The notes beneath the pieces were generated by a model. That model did no database searches, had not been told where the DNA came from, and was given only the letters and a program-made list of their open reading frames with translations. A program made the position numbers and the translations under genes. A stretch of 64,000 bases of DNA from an uncultured delta proteobacterium (lineage in GTDB: Bacteria > Myxococcota_A > Polyangia > Fen-1088), in NCBI GenBank assembly GCA_963767925.1, contig CAVYGB010000008.1:416001-480000 (forward strand), written 5' to 3'. Positions 20,876 to 31,485 of the stretch are shown piece after piece. Position 1 is the first letter of the stretch. Every line of letters starts with the position of its first letter.

Positions 20876-21565
20876 CTAGGCGGCGCCGTCGAGGGCCCAG
20901 GCCAGGGCGGCTTTGGCGTGCTGGGGGGCCTGGGGGCTCTCGAAGATGGCGCCGTGGGCGGGGAGGATGCGAGAGAAGTTCCAGGCCAGCATCTGCTCGA
21001 TGCTGGCCCGCAGCTTCTGTCGATCTTTCGTGTAGCGCCGCCAGGCCCGGCTCATCGCCAGGTGCCCGCGGGTGCCCATCATCTTCAGCACCATCGTGGT
21101 GACGAAGTTGGCGGGCTGCTCGATGTTGAACAGCAGGTCGCTCACCAGCAGCGTGTGGCTGGGGCGGTGGAGGAAGACCGTCTCGTTGAGGCCGGGCGCC
21201 CCCTCGATGAGGCGCTGATCCAGCACCCCGGACCAGGGCGGGTCGCCGTCCTGGCCCAGCACGCCGGTGAAGCGCAGGTCCTTGCGCTTGGCCCGTAGCC
21301 CGGGCGCCCCGTACAGCCTGGCCCCCGCGAAGCGGCGCAGCCAGTGGCCGGCGAACTTGTGGTGCAGGCAGCTCGGCGCCAGCAGGTATTCGACCTTGTC
21401 GATGCGGGCCACCGCCCGCAGGCGCTCCTCGGTGAGCGGCAAGGGGGAGTGCACGACAAGCCCGCCCCGGGGCAGCCGGGCCAGGGTCATGCGCACGGGC
21501 AGCTTCACCCAGCCCGGCAAGGTATCCTCGTCGGTCCACAGCTCGGGCGCGATCTCGGTGAGCAT
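20876..21565 (-). CDS. DUF4336-family (metallo-beta-lactamase-like) protein
   Basis: Motifs RMTLARL...VHSP, APSCLHH and ETVFLHRPSHTLLVSDLLFN. Confidence 0.8.
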   Translation of the reverse strand: MLTEIAPELWTDEDTLPGWVKLPVRMTLARLPRGGLVVHSPLPLTEERLRAVARIDKVEYLLAPSCLHHKFAGHWLRRFAGARLYGAPGLRAKRKDLRFTGVLGQDGDPPWSGVLDQRLIEGAPGLNETVFLHRPSHTLLVSDLLFNIEQPANFVTTMVLKMMGTRGHLAMSRAWRRYTKDRQKLRASIEQMLAWNFSRILPAHGAIFESPQAPQHAKAALAWALDGAA

Positions 21566-21584
21566 GCGGGTGGGCCAGGCCCGG

Positions 21585-23130
21585 CTACATCACGGCGCCG
21601 AGCGGCCAGGGGGCGAACTCCGCCTCGCCGAAGCCCAGGGCCTCGCTGTGAGAGGGTTCGCCCGAGGCCACCCGCAAGATGAGGTCGAAGATCCGCTGGC
21701 CGCAGGCCTGCACCGACTCGCTCCCGTCGGTGATGGTGCCGCAGTTGATGTCCATGTCCTCGCCCATGCGCCGGAAGAGCATGCTGTTGGTGGCGAGCTT
21801 GATCGAGGGGGAGGGGACGCAGCCGAACACCGAGCCCCGGCCGGTGGTGAAGCAGATGAGGTTGGCCCCTCCGGCCACCTGGCCGGTGGCCGACACCGGA
21901 TCGAAGCCGGGCGTGTCCATGAACACGAAGCCGCGGGCCGCCACCGTCTCGGCGTAGCGGTACACGTCGACGAGGTTGGTCGCGCCCGCCTTGGCGGCGG
22001 CGCCGAGCGACTTCTCCAGGATCGTGGTGATCCCGCCCGCCTTGTTGCCGGCCGAGGGGTTGTCATCGAGGGTGCCGCCGTGTTTCCGGGCGTATTCTTT
22101 CCACCACTCGAACAGGGCGAGCAACTTTTCCCCGACCTCGCGGCTGACCGCCCGGCGGGTGAGCAGGTGCTCGGCCCCGAAGGTCTCGGGGGTCTCCGAG
22201 AGGATGACGGTGCCGCCGTTGCGCACCAGCAGGTCGGAGGCCACCCCCAGCGCCGGGTTGGCGGTGATGCCGGAGTAGCCATCCGAGCCCCCACACTGCA
22301 GCCCCACCCGCAGGTGGGCGGCGGGCACGGGCTGGCGGCGCACCCGGTTCGCGTCGGGCAACATCTCCCGCACCATGGCCACCCCCCGCTCGACGCTCTT
22401 GCGGGTGCCGCCGGTGTCCTGGATGGTGTAGGTGCGCAGCCGATCGCCGACCTGCAGCTTCTGCGAGCGCACCACCGGGCCGATCTGGTTGGACTCGCAG
22501 CCGAGGCCCACCATGAACACCGAGGCGAAGTTGGGGTGGCGGGCGTAGCCCCCCAGGGTGCGGCGGAGGACGTCCATCCCTTCCCCTTCGCCGGCCATCC
22601 CGCAGCCGGTCTTGTGGGTGAGGGCGACGACGCCGTCGACGTTGGGGTAGTCGGCTCAGCGGGTTCTCGCCCGTGAGCGGGTTGGCGCGGAAGGCGTCGG
22701 CGATGTAGCGGGCCACCGTGGCCGAGCAGTTGACCGAGGTGAGGACGCCGAGGTAGTTGCGGGTGGCCACCTGCCCGTCGTCGCGCACGATCCCCTGGAA
22801 GGTGGCCGCCGGCTCGATCGGCTCGGTCGGGCGGGCCAGCGTGGAAAACTCGTAGCTTCGGTTGAACGCGCGCAGCTCGACGTTGTGGCCGTGCACGTGC
22901 TCGCCGGGGGTGATGGCCGCGCTGGCGAAGCCGATGATCTGGCCGTAGCGCAAGATGGGCTCGCCGGCGGGGATGTTCCGGGTGGCCAGCTTGTGCCCGG
23001 CGGGCACGGGCGCGTTCACCGTCACCCCCTCGGAGGTGATGGTCGTGCCGGGCACCAGCGGGCACTGGGCGATGACCACGTTGTCGTCGGCGTTCAGCCG
23101 CAGCGTGAGGGGAGGCGCGTCAGTGGCCAT
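21585..23130 (-). CDS. uxaA: Altronate/galactarate dehydratase family protein (SAF + catalytic domain), one apparent frameshift
   Basis: Motifs DNVVIA, GHKLA, RYGQIIG, HVHGHN, TSVNCSATV, GLGCE, CGGSDGYSGITANP, EKSLG and FTTGRGS. Removing one extra base near 22656 joins the two ORFs. Confidence 0.88.
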
Positions 23131-23163
23131 GCGGCACAAACATAACCGAGTTGGCCGGTCGTT

Positions 23164-24375
23164 TCAGGGGCGCTCTCGCCGCAGCTCCGAGGGGCGGGGC
23201 GGGGCGCCCTGCGGCTCGTCCCCGTCCAGCGCGGCCACGTCGGCGGTGACCACGGCCTGCCGCCCGAAGCGGTCCGCGATGCGATCCAGCGCGGCGTTGA
23301 GCCGGTCGGCCCGGCTCGCCGCCGGGGAGAACAGGGAGAGCTGCGCCTCCTGCACGACGATGCCGTGGGCGGAGACGCCGGTCAGGCGGACGCGCTGCCG
23401 CAGCTCGATCCGGCCGAGCAGCTCCGCCGCGGCCCGGTACAGGCTCTGGCTGTCGTCGGTGGGCTCGGGCAGGGTGGTCTGGCGCGTCAGCAGGCTGAAG
23501 TCCGAGAGCTTGAGCTTGAGCTGGACCACCCGGGCCTTGCAGCGCGCCCGGCGCATCCGGCGGCCCACCCGCAGGGCCTGGCCGTGGACGTGGGGCAGCA
23601 GCTCGCCGGCGCCGAGGTCCTCGTCGAAGGTGTCCTCGGCCCCGATGCTCTTGGCGGCCCGGTCGGGGACCACCGGCCGGGGATCGATCCCCTGGCTCAG
23701 CTCCCACAGGTGGCGGCTGCCGGGCAAGCGCCGCTCGAGCCACTCGGGATCGCGGGCGGCCAGATCGCCGATCGTCCGCAGGCCCAGCGGGTGGAGCTGG
23801 GCCAGCGTCTTGCTTCCCACGCCCCACAGGCGCTCGATCGGCAGCGGCGCCAGGAAGGCCCGGGTGCCGCCGGGGGGCACCTCGCGCTGCCCGTCGGGCT
23901 TGGCCAGGTCCGAGGCGATCTTGGCGGCGAACTTCACCGCGGCGATGCCCGCCGAGGCGGGCAAGCGCAGCTCGCGGGCGATGCGAGCCCGGATCTGCGT
24001 GGCGATGGCGGCGCCGTCGCCGAAGAGCTGGCGCGAGGCGGTGACGTCGAGGAAGGCCTCGTCGAGCGAGAGCGGCTCGTGCAGCGGGGTCACGCTCTCG
24101 AGGATGTCGAAGACCGCCTCGCTGGCCTGGGCGTAGGCCTCGAAGCGGGGGGGCACCACCTGGGCCTGGGGCGCGAGCCGCAGAGCCTCCGCCATCGGCA
24201 TCGCGCTCCGGACGCCGAGGGGCCGGACCTCGTAGGAGGCGGCCAGGACCACGCCGCGGCGGGGGTGTCCGCCCACGATGACCGGGCGGCCCCGCAGATC
24301 GGGCCGATCCCGCTGCTCGACCGACGCGTAGAAGGCGTCCATGTCGAGGTGGATGATCGTCCTGTCCGCCGCCAC
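23164..24375 (-). CDS. dinB: DNA polymerase IV (Y-family)
   Basis: Motifs IIHLDMDAFYASVEQRD, ASYE, SLDEAFLD, AKIASDLAKPDG and LWGVG, plus clamp motif QLSLF. Confidence 0.95.
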   Translation of the reverse strand: MAADRTIIHLDMDAFYASVEQRDRPDLRGRPVIVGGHPRRGVVLAASYEVRPLGVRSAMPMAEALRLAPQAQVVPPRFEAYAQASEAVFDILESVTPLHEPLSLDEAFLDVTASRQLFGDGAAIATQIRARIARELRLPASAGIAAVKFAAKIASDLAKPDGQREVPPGGTRAFLAPLPIERLWGVGSKTLAQLHPLGLRTIGDLAARDPEWLERRLPGSRHLWELSQGIDPRPVVPDRAAKSIGAEDTFDEDLGAGELLPHVHGQALRVGRRMRRARCKARVVQLKLKLSDFSLLTRQTTLPEPTDDSQSLYRAAAELLGRIELRQRVRLTGVSAHGIVVQEAQLSLFSPAASRADRLNAALDRIADRFGRQAVVTADVAALDGDEPQGAPPRPSELRRERP

Positions 24376-24492
24376 CCGGGGGAGTCTAGTGCAAACGTGC
24401 AACGACGGGCGGCGCGGCGTCCCGCGGTTGCCCCCGGGCCGATCCGGTCGACAGTAGCGATCGCCCCCGAGGTTCCGTAGACTCGGACGGTT

Positions 24493-25905
24493 GTGACGCG
24501 CCCGCTCAGATCGCCCTTGCCCGACCTGCCTCCCCCGACCCCCGCCGGGGCCGAGGAGCCCTGGTCGCCCGATAGCTGGAAGAAACGCACCCAGGCCCAG
24601 GCCGTCAGCTATCCCGACGCCAACGCCCTCGACACCGCGGTGGCGCGCCTGCGCGAGCTGCCGCCCCTGGTGACCTCCTGGGAGGTCGAGCGGCTGCGGA
24701 CGCTGGTGGCCGACGCCCAGACCGGCCGCCGCTTCCTGCTTCAGGGCGGGGACTGCGCCGAGACGCTGGCCGACTGCCAGCCCGACGTCATCGCCCGCAA
24801 GCTGAAGATCCTGCTGCAGATGTCGCTGGTGCTCATCCACGGCGGCAAGCAGCCGGTCATCCGGGTAGGCCGCTTCGCCGGGCAGTACGCCAAGCCCCGC
24901 TCGAACCCCACTCGAGGCCCGCGACGGCGTCTGCCTGCCAAGCTACTTCGGCGACCTGGTCAACCGGCTGGACTTCACCGCAGTCGGCGCGGGTGCCCGA
25001 CCCCGAGCTGCTCATCCAGGGGTACCTGCACGCGGGGCTCACCATCAACTTCGTGCGCTCGCTGACCGCGGGCGGCTTCGCCGACCTGCACCACCCCGAG
25101 TTCTGGGATCTCGCCCACCTGTCGCGCGCTGACATCTCGGTCGAGCTGCGGGAGGAGTACCAGCGCATGGTGCGCCAGCTCGGCGAGGCCCTCCGCTTCA
25201 TGGAGGCGCTCGGCGAGAGCACGGTCGACGACCTCACGCGGGTCGAGTTCTTCACCAGCCACGAGGGGCTGTCGCTGCACTACGAGGCGGCCCAGACCAA
25301 GCGGGTGCCCCGCCGCGAGGGGTATTACGACCTCACCACCCACTTGCCCTGGATCGGGGAGCGCACCCGGGCGCTCGACGGCGCCCACGTCGAGTTCTTC
25401 CGGGGCGTCCGCAACCCGGTGGGGGTGAAGATCGGGCCCGGGGCCAGCCCCGGCGAGCTGCTGGCCCTCATCGACCGGCTCAACCCGGGCAACGAGCCGG
25501 GCAAGCTGCTGCTGATCGCCCGCTGCGGAGCGGGCAAGGTGGCCAGCGCCTTGCCGCCGCTGATCGAGGCGGTCAAGCGCTTCCGGCCGGCACGTGCTCT
25601 GGGTCTGCGACCCCATGCACGGCAACGGCCGCGTCACCGGCGGCGGGATCAAGACCCGCGACTTCAACGACATCCTCAGCGAGGTGGAGGCGTCCTTCGA
25701 CATCCACGAGGCCGCCGGCACCCACCTGGGCGGCGTGCACTTCGAGCTGACCGGCGACGACGTCACCGAGTGCATCGGCGGCGGCCTGAGCGAGGCGGAT
25801 CTCGATCGCAACTACGCCAGCGCCTGCGACCCCCGCCTCAACTACCGCCAGGCCCTCGAGATGGCCTTCCGCATCGCCAAGCGGATGGGCCGCCGCCCGG
25901 GCTGA
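24493..25905 (+). CDS. Class II DAHP synthase (three apparent +1 frameshifts)
   Basis: Motifs LQGGDCAE, GRFAGQYAKPRS, FFTSHEGL, WIGERTR, WVCDPMHGN and CDPRLN. Extra bases near 24912, 24981 and 25581. Confidence 0.9.
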
Positions 25906-25914
25906 GCGGGGGGC

Positions 25915-26334
25915 TCACTCGAGCAGCTTGAGGGGATCGCTGGCCGGCCGCTCGGCCTTGCCCTCTTTACCGTCCTTGCCGTCTTTGCCGTCCTTGGCCC
26001 CGGCCGGACCCTCCTTCTGGCGGGTGCGGAGGGCGGCCTTCTGGGCCTTCTCTTTCTCCCGAGCGGCCTTCACGGCGTCGGCGGCCATCTTCTTCTCGCG
26101 GGCGGCGATCCGGCGCAGCTCGGCGGCGGCCTCTCGCTCGGCTTGCTTCTCGCGCTTGGCCTCGCAGCCGACCGGCTCACATTCGCCCGGGCAGCCACAC
26201 TTCGAGATCCGGCGGGTGCACTTGCAGCCGGTCGCGTCCTGGTAACACCCGCAGGCGTTGGGCGTCTGGGCGCCGGCCGGACCGGACCAGAGCAGCAACA
26301 AGGCGGCGCAGACGAAACCGAAAAGGGTGCGCAT
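25915..26334 (-). CDS. Small secreted Cys-rich protein with a charged helical tail
   Basis: SD AGGAG and signal peptide, then CGC..CKC..CGCPGECEPVGC followed by an E/K/R/A-rich stretch. Confidence 0.7.
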   Translation of the reverse strand: MRTLFGFVCAALLLLWSGPAGAQTPNACGCYQDATGCKCTRRISKCGCPGECEPVGCEAKREKQAEREAAAELRRIAAREKKMAADAVKAAREKEKAQKAALRTRQKEGPAGAKDGKDGKDGKEGKAERPASDPLKLLE

Positions 26335-26446
26335 GAAGGAACTCCTGTCTCTTCCGGGAGGTCCTGCTATCGGACACCAAAGCGCGGATTCGCGCAACCG
26401 GCAGCGCCCTCGATGCTGTGCACCCGTGCCAGCGGGCGGCAGCGGA

Positions 26447-28624
26447 TCAGAGCAGGCCGCGCAGCAAGGCCCGCACCTCGCGCACCGAGGCGACGCGCAG
26501 GGCGGCGTGGGACTCGCCGGGGCCCACGTGAACCGCCCTGGCTCCGGGCGGCAGCGCCGCGAACAGGTCCTCGTCGGTCTGATCGTCCCCGAAGGCGAGG
26601 AGGAGGGCCCCCGGATGCCGCTCGAGGATGGGCGGCACGATGCGCCCCTTGTTCACGCCGTGCGCCCGCAGCTCGATGACCTTATCGCCCACCAGCACCT
26701 CCAGGGGCGTGTTGCCGAGGATCTCGGTCAGGTGTAGCCGCAGCTCGTTGGCCTGCACGGCGCCGTATTCGGGATCGGCAGCCCGGTAGTGCCAGGCCAG
26801 CCCGGCCGGCTTCTCCTCCACCAGCGACCCGGGGGTGCGGTCGGCGTATTCGCGCAGGATGGCGAACACCTGGTCTTGCCAGGCCAGCTTGGGCCCCTCG
26901 AGGGTGCGGCCGGGCTCGCCCGGGGCCCGCGACCAGAAGCCGTGTTCGGCGTGGAGCGTGACCGGCACCGACCCCAGCCAGCGGTCCAGGGTGCCGCGGG
27001 GTCGGCCGCTCACGACGTGCACCTCCGTGCGGGGGCGGGCGGCCAGCCGCTCGAGCAGGTGCAGGGCCTCGCGGTCGGGGCGGGCCAGCTCGGGGGTGGC
27101 GGCGAAGGGGACCAGGGTGCCGTCGTAGTCGATGAGCAGCACGAGGTAGGGGGCGGCCCGGGCCTCGTCGACCAGCCGGCGCAGCTCGGCCACCGCGGTG
27201 GGCTCGCGGTTGCGGGCGTTGCCCCGCTCGGGCTCGACCAGCCGCTGCAGGAAGGCCTGGGCCCAGCGCTGGACATCGTAGGAGAAGACCCGCCGCCGGA
27301 GGGCGCGCATGCGGGTCTGGCGCTCGTCGTCGGGCATGGTCAGCGCCCGGTAGTAGGCCTCGGCGCTGCCGGGCACGTCGTAGGGGTTGACGTGCACCGC
27401 CTCGGCCAGCTCGCTGGCCGCGCCCGCCATCTCGCTGAGCACGAGGACGCCACCTTCGTCGGTGCGGGTGGCCACGAACTCCTTGGCGACGAGGTTCATG
27501 CCGTCGCGGATGGGGGTCACCAGCATCACGTCGGCCGCCCGGTACAGGGCCACCACCTCTTCGCGGGGCAGACCCCGGTAGAGGTAGTGCACCGGCACCC
27601 AGCGCGGGGTGGCGAACTGCCCGTTGATGCGCCCGATCAGGGTGTCGACCTGGGAGCGAAACTCCTGGTAGCGCTCGACGTTTGTGCGCGAGGGGACCGC
27701 CACCTGAACCAGGCGGATGCGCTCGCGCAGCTCCGGGTGCTGGCGCAGCAGGTGCTCGTAGGCCAGCAGCCGGCGGGGGATCCCCTTCGTGTAGTCGAGG
27801 CGGTCCATGCCGACCAGCAGGAGGGGAGCCCCCTCGGACGGGCCGACCAGGCTGACCACCCGCGCGCGCACCTCCTCGGTCTCGGCCAGGCGGGCGAACT
27901 CGGCGGCGTCGACGCCCATCGGAAACACCCCCAGGCGAACCGAGCGGTTCTCCCAGCGCATGCGGTCCACGTCGATGGACACGCCGAGGAGGCGCAGCGC
28001 GGCCGCGGCGAAGTGGCGCATGTAGGCGGCGGTGTGAAAGCCGACCAGGTCGGCGCCCAGCAGCCCGGTGAGCAGGCGGTCGCGGAAGGGCAAGATCCGG
28101 AAGACGTCCGAGGCGGGGAAGGTGATGTGCAGGAAGAAGCCGATGCGGGCCTCGGGGATCCGCTCGCGGATCATCTGGGGCACCAGCATGAGCTGGTAGT
28201 CGTGCACCCAGATGAGGTCGCCGGGCTTGTAGCTCGCCACCGCCGCCTCGGCGAAGCGGCGGTTGACGGCTTCGTAGAGATCGAAGTCGGGCACCTCGAG
28301 GGGGAGCTGCCCGATCATGTAGTGGAGCGCGGGCCACAACACGCCGTTGCAGAACCGCTCGTAGTAGCGCTCGACCTCGTCGGCGCTGAGGGGGACCGGC
28401 ACCAGCGAGAGCTCCTTGCAGCGGGCCTCGAGCTGCTTCTCCTCCTCGGGGCTCAGCTCGCCGGTGGGCGCCCCCGACCAGCCCAGCCAGACGCTGCCCG
28501 ACCCGGCGTGGACCCCGCCGAGGCCGGTGGCCAGCCCGCCGGCGCTCGGCTGGATGCTCAGCGTGCCTCCCTCACGTGCCACCGACACGGGTAGCCGGTT
28601 GGAGACGATGAGCAGGCGAGCCAT
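26447..28624 (-). CDS. otsAB: Bifunctional trehalose-6-phosphate synthase/phosphatase
   Basis: GT20 motifs [27 protein letters not shown] and DGMNLVAKE, fused to HAD motifs DYDGTL and GDDQTDED. Confidence 0.95.
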   Translation of the reverse strand: MARLLIVSNRLPVSVAREGGTLSIQPSAGGLATGLGGVHAGSGSVWLGWSGAPTGELSPEEEKQLEARCKELSLVPVPLSADEVERYYERFCNGVLWPALHYMIGQLPLEVPDFDLYEAVNRRFAEAAVASYKPGDLIWVHDYQLMLVPQMIRERIPEARIGFFLHITFPASDVFRILPFRDRLLTGLLGADLVGFHTAAYMRHFAAAALRLLGVSIDVDRMRWENRSVRLGVFPMGVDAAEFARLAETEEVRARVVSLVGPSEGAPLLLVGMDRLDYTKGIPRRLLAYEHLLRQHPELRERIRLVQVAVPSRTNVERYQEFRSQVDTLIGRINGQFATPRWVPVHYLYRGLPREEVVALYRAADVMLVTPIRDGMNLVAKEFVATRTDEGGVLVLSEMAGAASELAEAVHVNPYDVPGSAEAYYRALTMPDDERQTRMRALRRRVFSYDVQRWAQAFLQRLVEPERGNARNREPTAVAELRRLVDEARAAPYLVLLIDYDGTLVPFAATPELARPDREALHLLERLAARPRTEVHVVSGRPRGTLDRWLGSVPVTLHAEHGFWSRAPGEPGRTLEGPKLAWQDQVFAILREYADRTPGSLVEEKPAGLAWHYRAADPEYGAVQANELRLHLTEILGNTPLEVLVGDKVIELRAHGVNKGRIVPPILERHPGALLLAFGDDQTDEDLFAALPPGARAVHVGPGESHAALRVASVREVRALLRGLL

Positions 28625-28843
28625 TTCAGCCTTTCGTATCATTCACGCTCCTGTCCGCCGAGGACAAGGACAAACCCGGGCCCGTGTCCCCGCTCACCCA
28701 TTCTCGCGTCGCCGCGCCCGCTCCAGGACTCCGAGGCTGTGCTGTAGCCCCGATTGTTTCCGCGCTGATTCAAAACGTGGTAGCAATCAGACCTGCTCCG
28801 GAAAGTGTCGCCGACGTACGGATCACGCAGGGAGGTCACGGCC

Positions 28844-30133
28844 ATGGGGACCAGCGAGGGTACGAAGCAGGGCTCCAGCGCGGTCCCGAGCCGGCGCCCC
28901 TCGGGGCGGCCGCTCTTCCGCTGCCTCCACCTCCTGCTGGGCCTGGCGCCGATCGGGCTGGGGTTGCCCGCCTGCGACGAGCCCGAGCCCACCGTCGTCG
29001 GAGAGGTCGACGCCGCCGCGCCCGACGGGCCCCGCGTCGACGGCGCCGGCGGATCCGACGGAGCGGGCACGGAGGCGGGCGAGGCGGGGCCCGTGACCAC
29101 CTCGTCCCTCACCATCTTGCACACCAACGATCTGCACGCGCACCTGTGGGGTCACTCCCCGGAGGCCGACTACACGCCGGCCACCTTGAACGATGATACC
29201 ACCGTCGGGGGCTTTGCCCGACTGGCGGCGGTGATCAAGGCCGAACGCGGCTCGGCCGGCGCCGATGTCCTGCTGCTCGACGGTGGCGACTTTCTGATGG
29301 GCACCCTGTTCCAGCTCGCGGGGACGAGCAAGGCGCCCGAGCTCAAGCTCATGCAGGCGCTGGGCTACGACGCGGCCACCATCGGGAACCACGAGTTCGA
29401 CTTCACGGCGGCCGGCCTGGCGGCGATCGTCGCCGCCGCCCGCGCCGAGGGGGTGACCTTCCCCCTGCTGGCGACGAACATGAAGCTCAGCACCACCGCC
29501 CCGGAGGACGACGGCCTGGCCGCCCTGTTCGGGGCGGACAGGCCCATCCGCAGCAAGCTGGTCAAGACCTTGCCCAACGGCCTCAAGGTCGGCCTGTTCG
29601 GCCTGCTGGGCGCGGAGGCGGCCCGCTTCGCCGCCGCCGCTCGCCCCGTCACCTTCGAGGCCATCGCCACCAGCGCCGCCGCCGCCGTGGCGGAGCTGCG
29701 CAACAGCGATGGGGTCGACCTGGTGATCGCGCTGTCCCAATACACCGCCTCCAACATCCTGTTTCAGCGGGTGACGGCGGCCCGCGTGATCAAGGAAGGG
29801 CAAGCGCCCCAGGCGGTCGACTTCAACAGCACCACCCGCTGCTACAAGGTCACCAGCACGCACTACCTGGCCGCCTTGCTCGGCGTGGTCAAGGACGTCA
29901 CCAACAACGCGCTCTCGGTGACCCCCAAGCTGGCCGACTGCCAGACGCCAGTGGGCGACCTGTTCACCCGCCGCATCGACGCCAATCCGGCGACCGCCGG
30001 GGTCCAGGAGCTCAAGCAGTACCAGGCGGTGCTGCAGTTCCTGACGACCCTCCCCGACAGCGACAGCGACACCGTCCCCAACCTCCCCGACCGCTACATG
30101 GCCTCGCAGCAGCGGTTGAAACGAACCCCCTAG
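28844..30133 (+). CDS. 5'-nucleotidase-like metallophosphoesterase lipoprotein, apparently internally deleted
   Basis: Lipobox LPAC. Motifs ILHTNDLH, LDGGDF, IGNHEFD and DLVIALS, then a jump to C-terminal-domain-like sequence. Confidence 0.75.
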   Translation: MGTSEGTKQGSSAVPSRRPSGRPLFRCLHLLLGLAPIGLGLPACDEPEPTVVGEVDAAAPDGPRVDGAGGSDGAGTEAGEAGPVTTSSLTILHTNDLHAHLWGHSPEADYTPATLNDDTTVGGFARLAAVIKAERGSAGADVLLLDGGDFLMGTLFQLAGTSKAPELKLMQALGYDAATIGNHEFDFTAAGLAAIVAAARAEGVTFPLLATNMKLSTTAPEDDGLAALFGADRPIRSKLVKTLPNGLKVGLFGLLGAEAARFAAAARPVTFEAIATSAAAAVAELRNSDGVDLVIALSQYTASNILFQRVTAARVIKEGQAPQAVDFNSTTRCYKVTSTHYLAALLGVVKDVTNNALSVTPKLADCQTPVGDLFTRRIDANPATAGVQELKQYQAVLQFLTTLPDSDSDTVPNLPDRYMASQQRLKRTP

Positions 30134-30150
30134 CAGGAGACGCCTCAACG

Positions 30151-31485
30151 ATGCGGCCCGTTCTGGTTGCTGTCAGCTTCCTGGTCGCCTGCACCCCGGA
30201 CATCGGGACCGACCCGACCCCGGCGGTGATGGAGTTCGATCCCGCGGGCTCCCCGCCGCGGGTGTCCGAGCCCTCCTTCGCGGTCATCGACCGGGCGACG
30301 GGCCGGATCGACCTCGGGCTGGCGGGCGTCGACGTGCCCGACGACTGCGCCAGCCAGACCGCGATGCCCCGGGCGCAGTGCGAGCTCAACCAGTACCTGG
30401 AGTCGCTCGACGGCTTCCCCACGGTGACGCCCGGGCGGGCGCCGGTGAGCGCGGCGGTCGACCTGGCCACCGCGATGGTGCCGGGCAACGTCGCGGTGGT
30501 GGAGGCCACCAGCCAGCAGCGGATCGACGACCTGGGGGTCGGGTTCGACGCCACCGGGCGCTATCTGCAGGTGGCGGCGAGCAGGAGCTGGCCGGTGGGC
30601 GGCTTCGTCTGGATGGGGGTTCGCGGTTACACGGGCGGCATCCGGGCGGGGGGGCAGCCGGTGGTGGCCTCGGTGGTCTACAACCTGCTCAAGCGGGAGC
30701 GCGAGGGGGACGGGCCCGAGGCGGTGCTGACCTGCGGCGCCGCCAGCCCGCAGGCCATCGACGCGACCTGCGCTTACCTCGGGCTGCTGAGTCAGCAGAT
30801 GAGCGTCGAGGCGGCGCGGGCCTCGCTGGTCCGACTGGAGGGGCTGCGCCAGGCCATGCTCACCCTGCGCGCCTGGGAGCTCATGGAGACAATCGGCGGG
30901 ATCCCCAAGGCGGAGGTGGCGATGCTCTGGGGGTTCCCGGTGCAGAAGGGGCCGGTCATCGAGCTAAACCCCCGGGCCGGGCTGCAGCCGCAGGTGGCGG
31001 CCGCCGACGAGATGCGGCTGCCGGTCAACGGCGCGATCGATCCCGCCACCGTACGAGCCTTTCGCATTGGCAACCCGGGCACGGTCTACTTCGTCAACCT
31101 GACCGCGCTGGCGGCGGGCGATCTGCCGGGGGGCTTTCCCGCGGTCACGGCGAGCGCGAGCGCCGGCAGCATCGTCATCAAGGGCGCCAGCGCCTTCGAG
31201 CGCGGCAAGATCTACGGCATCATCGTCACCCGGGGGGTCAAGGCGGACGGGGGCAAGGCGCTGGTCCCCCCGCCCATATCGGTCCTGCTCATGGCCCGGG
31301 GCAGCCTCATGGGCGGTGACGGGCGGAGCACGGTCAGCAGCGTGAGCGACCAGGATGCCATCCAGCTCGAGGTCGGCCGGGTCCAGCTCGCCGCTCTGCT
31401 CGACAACGCCACCTTCGTCGGGGTCACCGGGCTCCGGCGCGAGGACATCGCCTACCTCTTTGCCTTTCCCCTGGTGACGCCATGA
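30151..31485 (+). CDS. Lipoprotein resembling the N-terminal scaffold of VolA/Pla-1 lipases (apparently two copies, no hydrolase domain)
   Basis: Lipobox LVAC. FDPA...LESLDGFPT...VDLAT pattern, echoed by IDPAT...YGIIVTRGV. No GxSxG seen. Confidence 0.55.
   Translation: MRPVLVAVSFLVACTPDIGTDPTPAVMEFDPAGSPPRVSEPSFAVIDRATGRIDLGLAGVDVPDDCASQTAMPRAQCELNQYLESLDGFPTVTPGRAPVSAAVDLATAMVPGNVAVVEATSQQRIDDLGVGFDATGRYLQVAASRSWPVGGFVWMGVRGYTGGIRAGGQPVVASVVYNLLKREREGDGPEAVLTCGAASPQAIDATCAYLGLLSQQMSVEAARASLVRLEGLRQAMLTLRAWELMETIGGIPKAEVAMLWGFPVQKGPVIELNPRAGLQPQVAAADEMRLPVNGAIDPATVRAFRIGNPGTVYFVNLTALAAGDLPGGFPAVTASASAGSIVIKGASAFERGKIYGIIVTRGVKADGGKALVPPPISVLLMARGSLMGGDGRSTVSSVSDQDAIQLEVGRVQLAALLDNATFVGVTGLRREDIAYLFAFPLVTP

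Noticed and set aside
24384..24403. LexA box upstream of dinB (GTGCAAACGTGCAAC)
   Set aside because: Does not match the CTGAAC-N4-GTTCAG pattern found at dnaE2.
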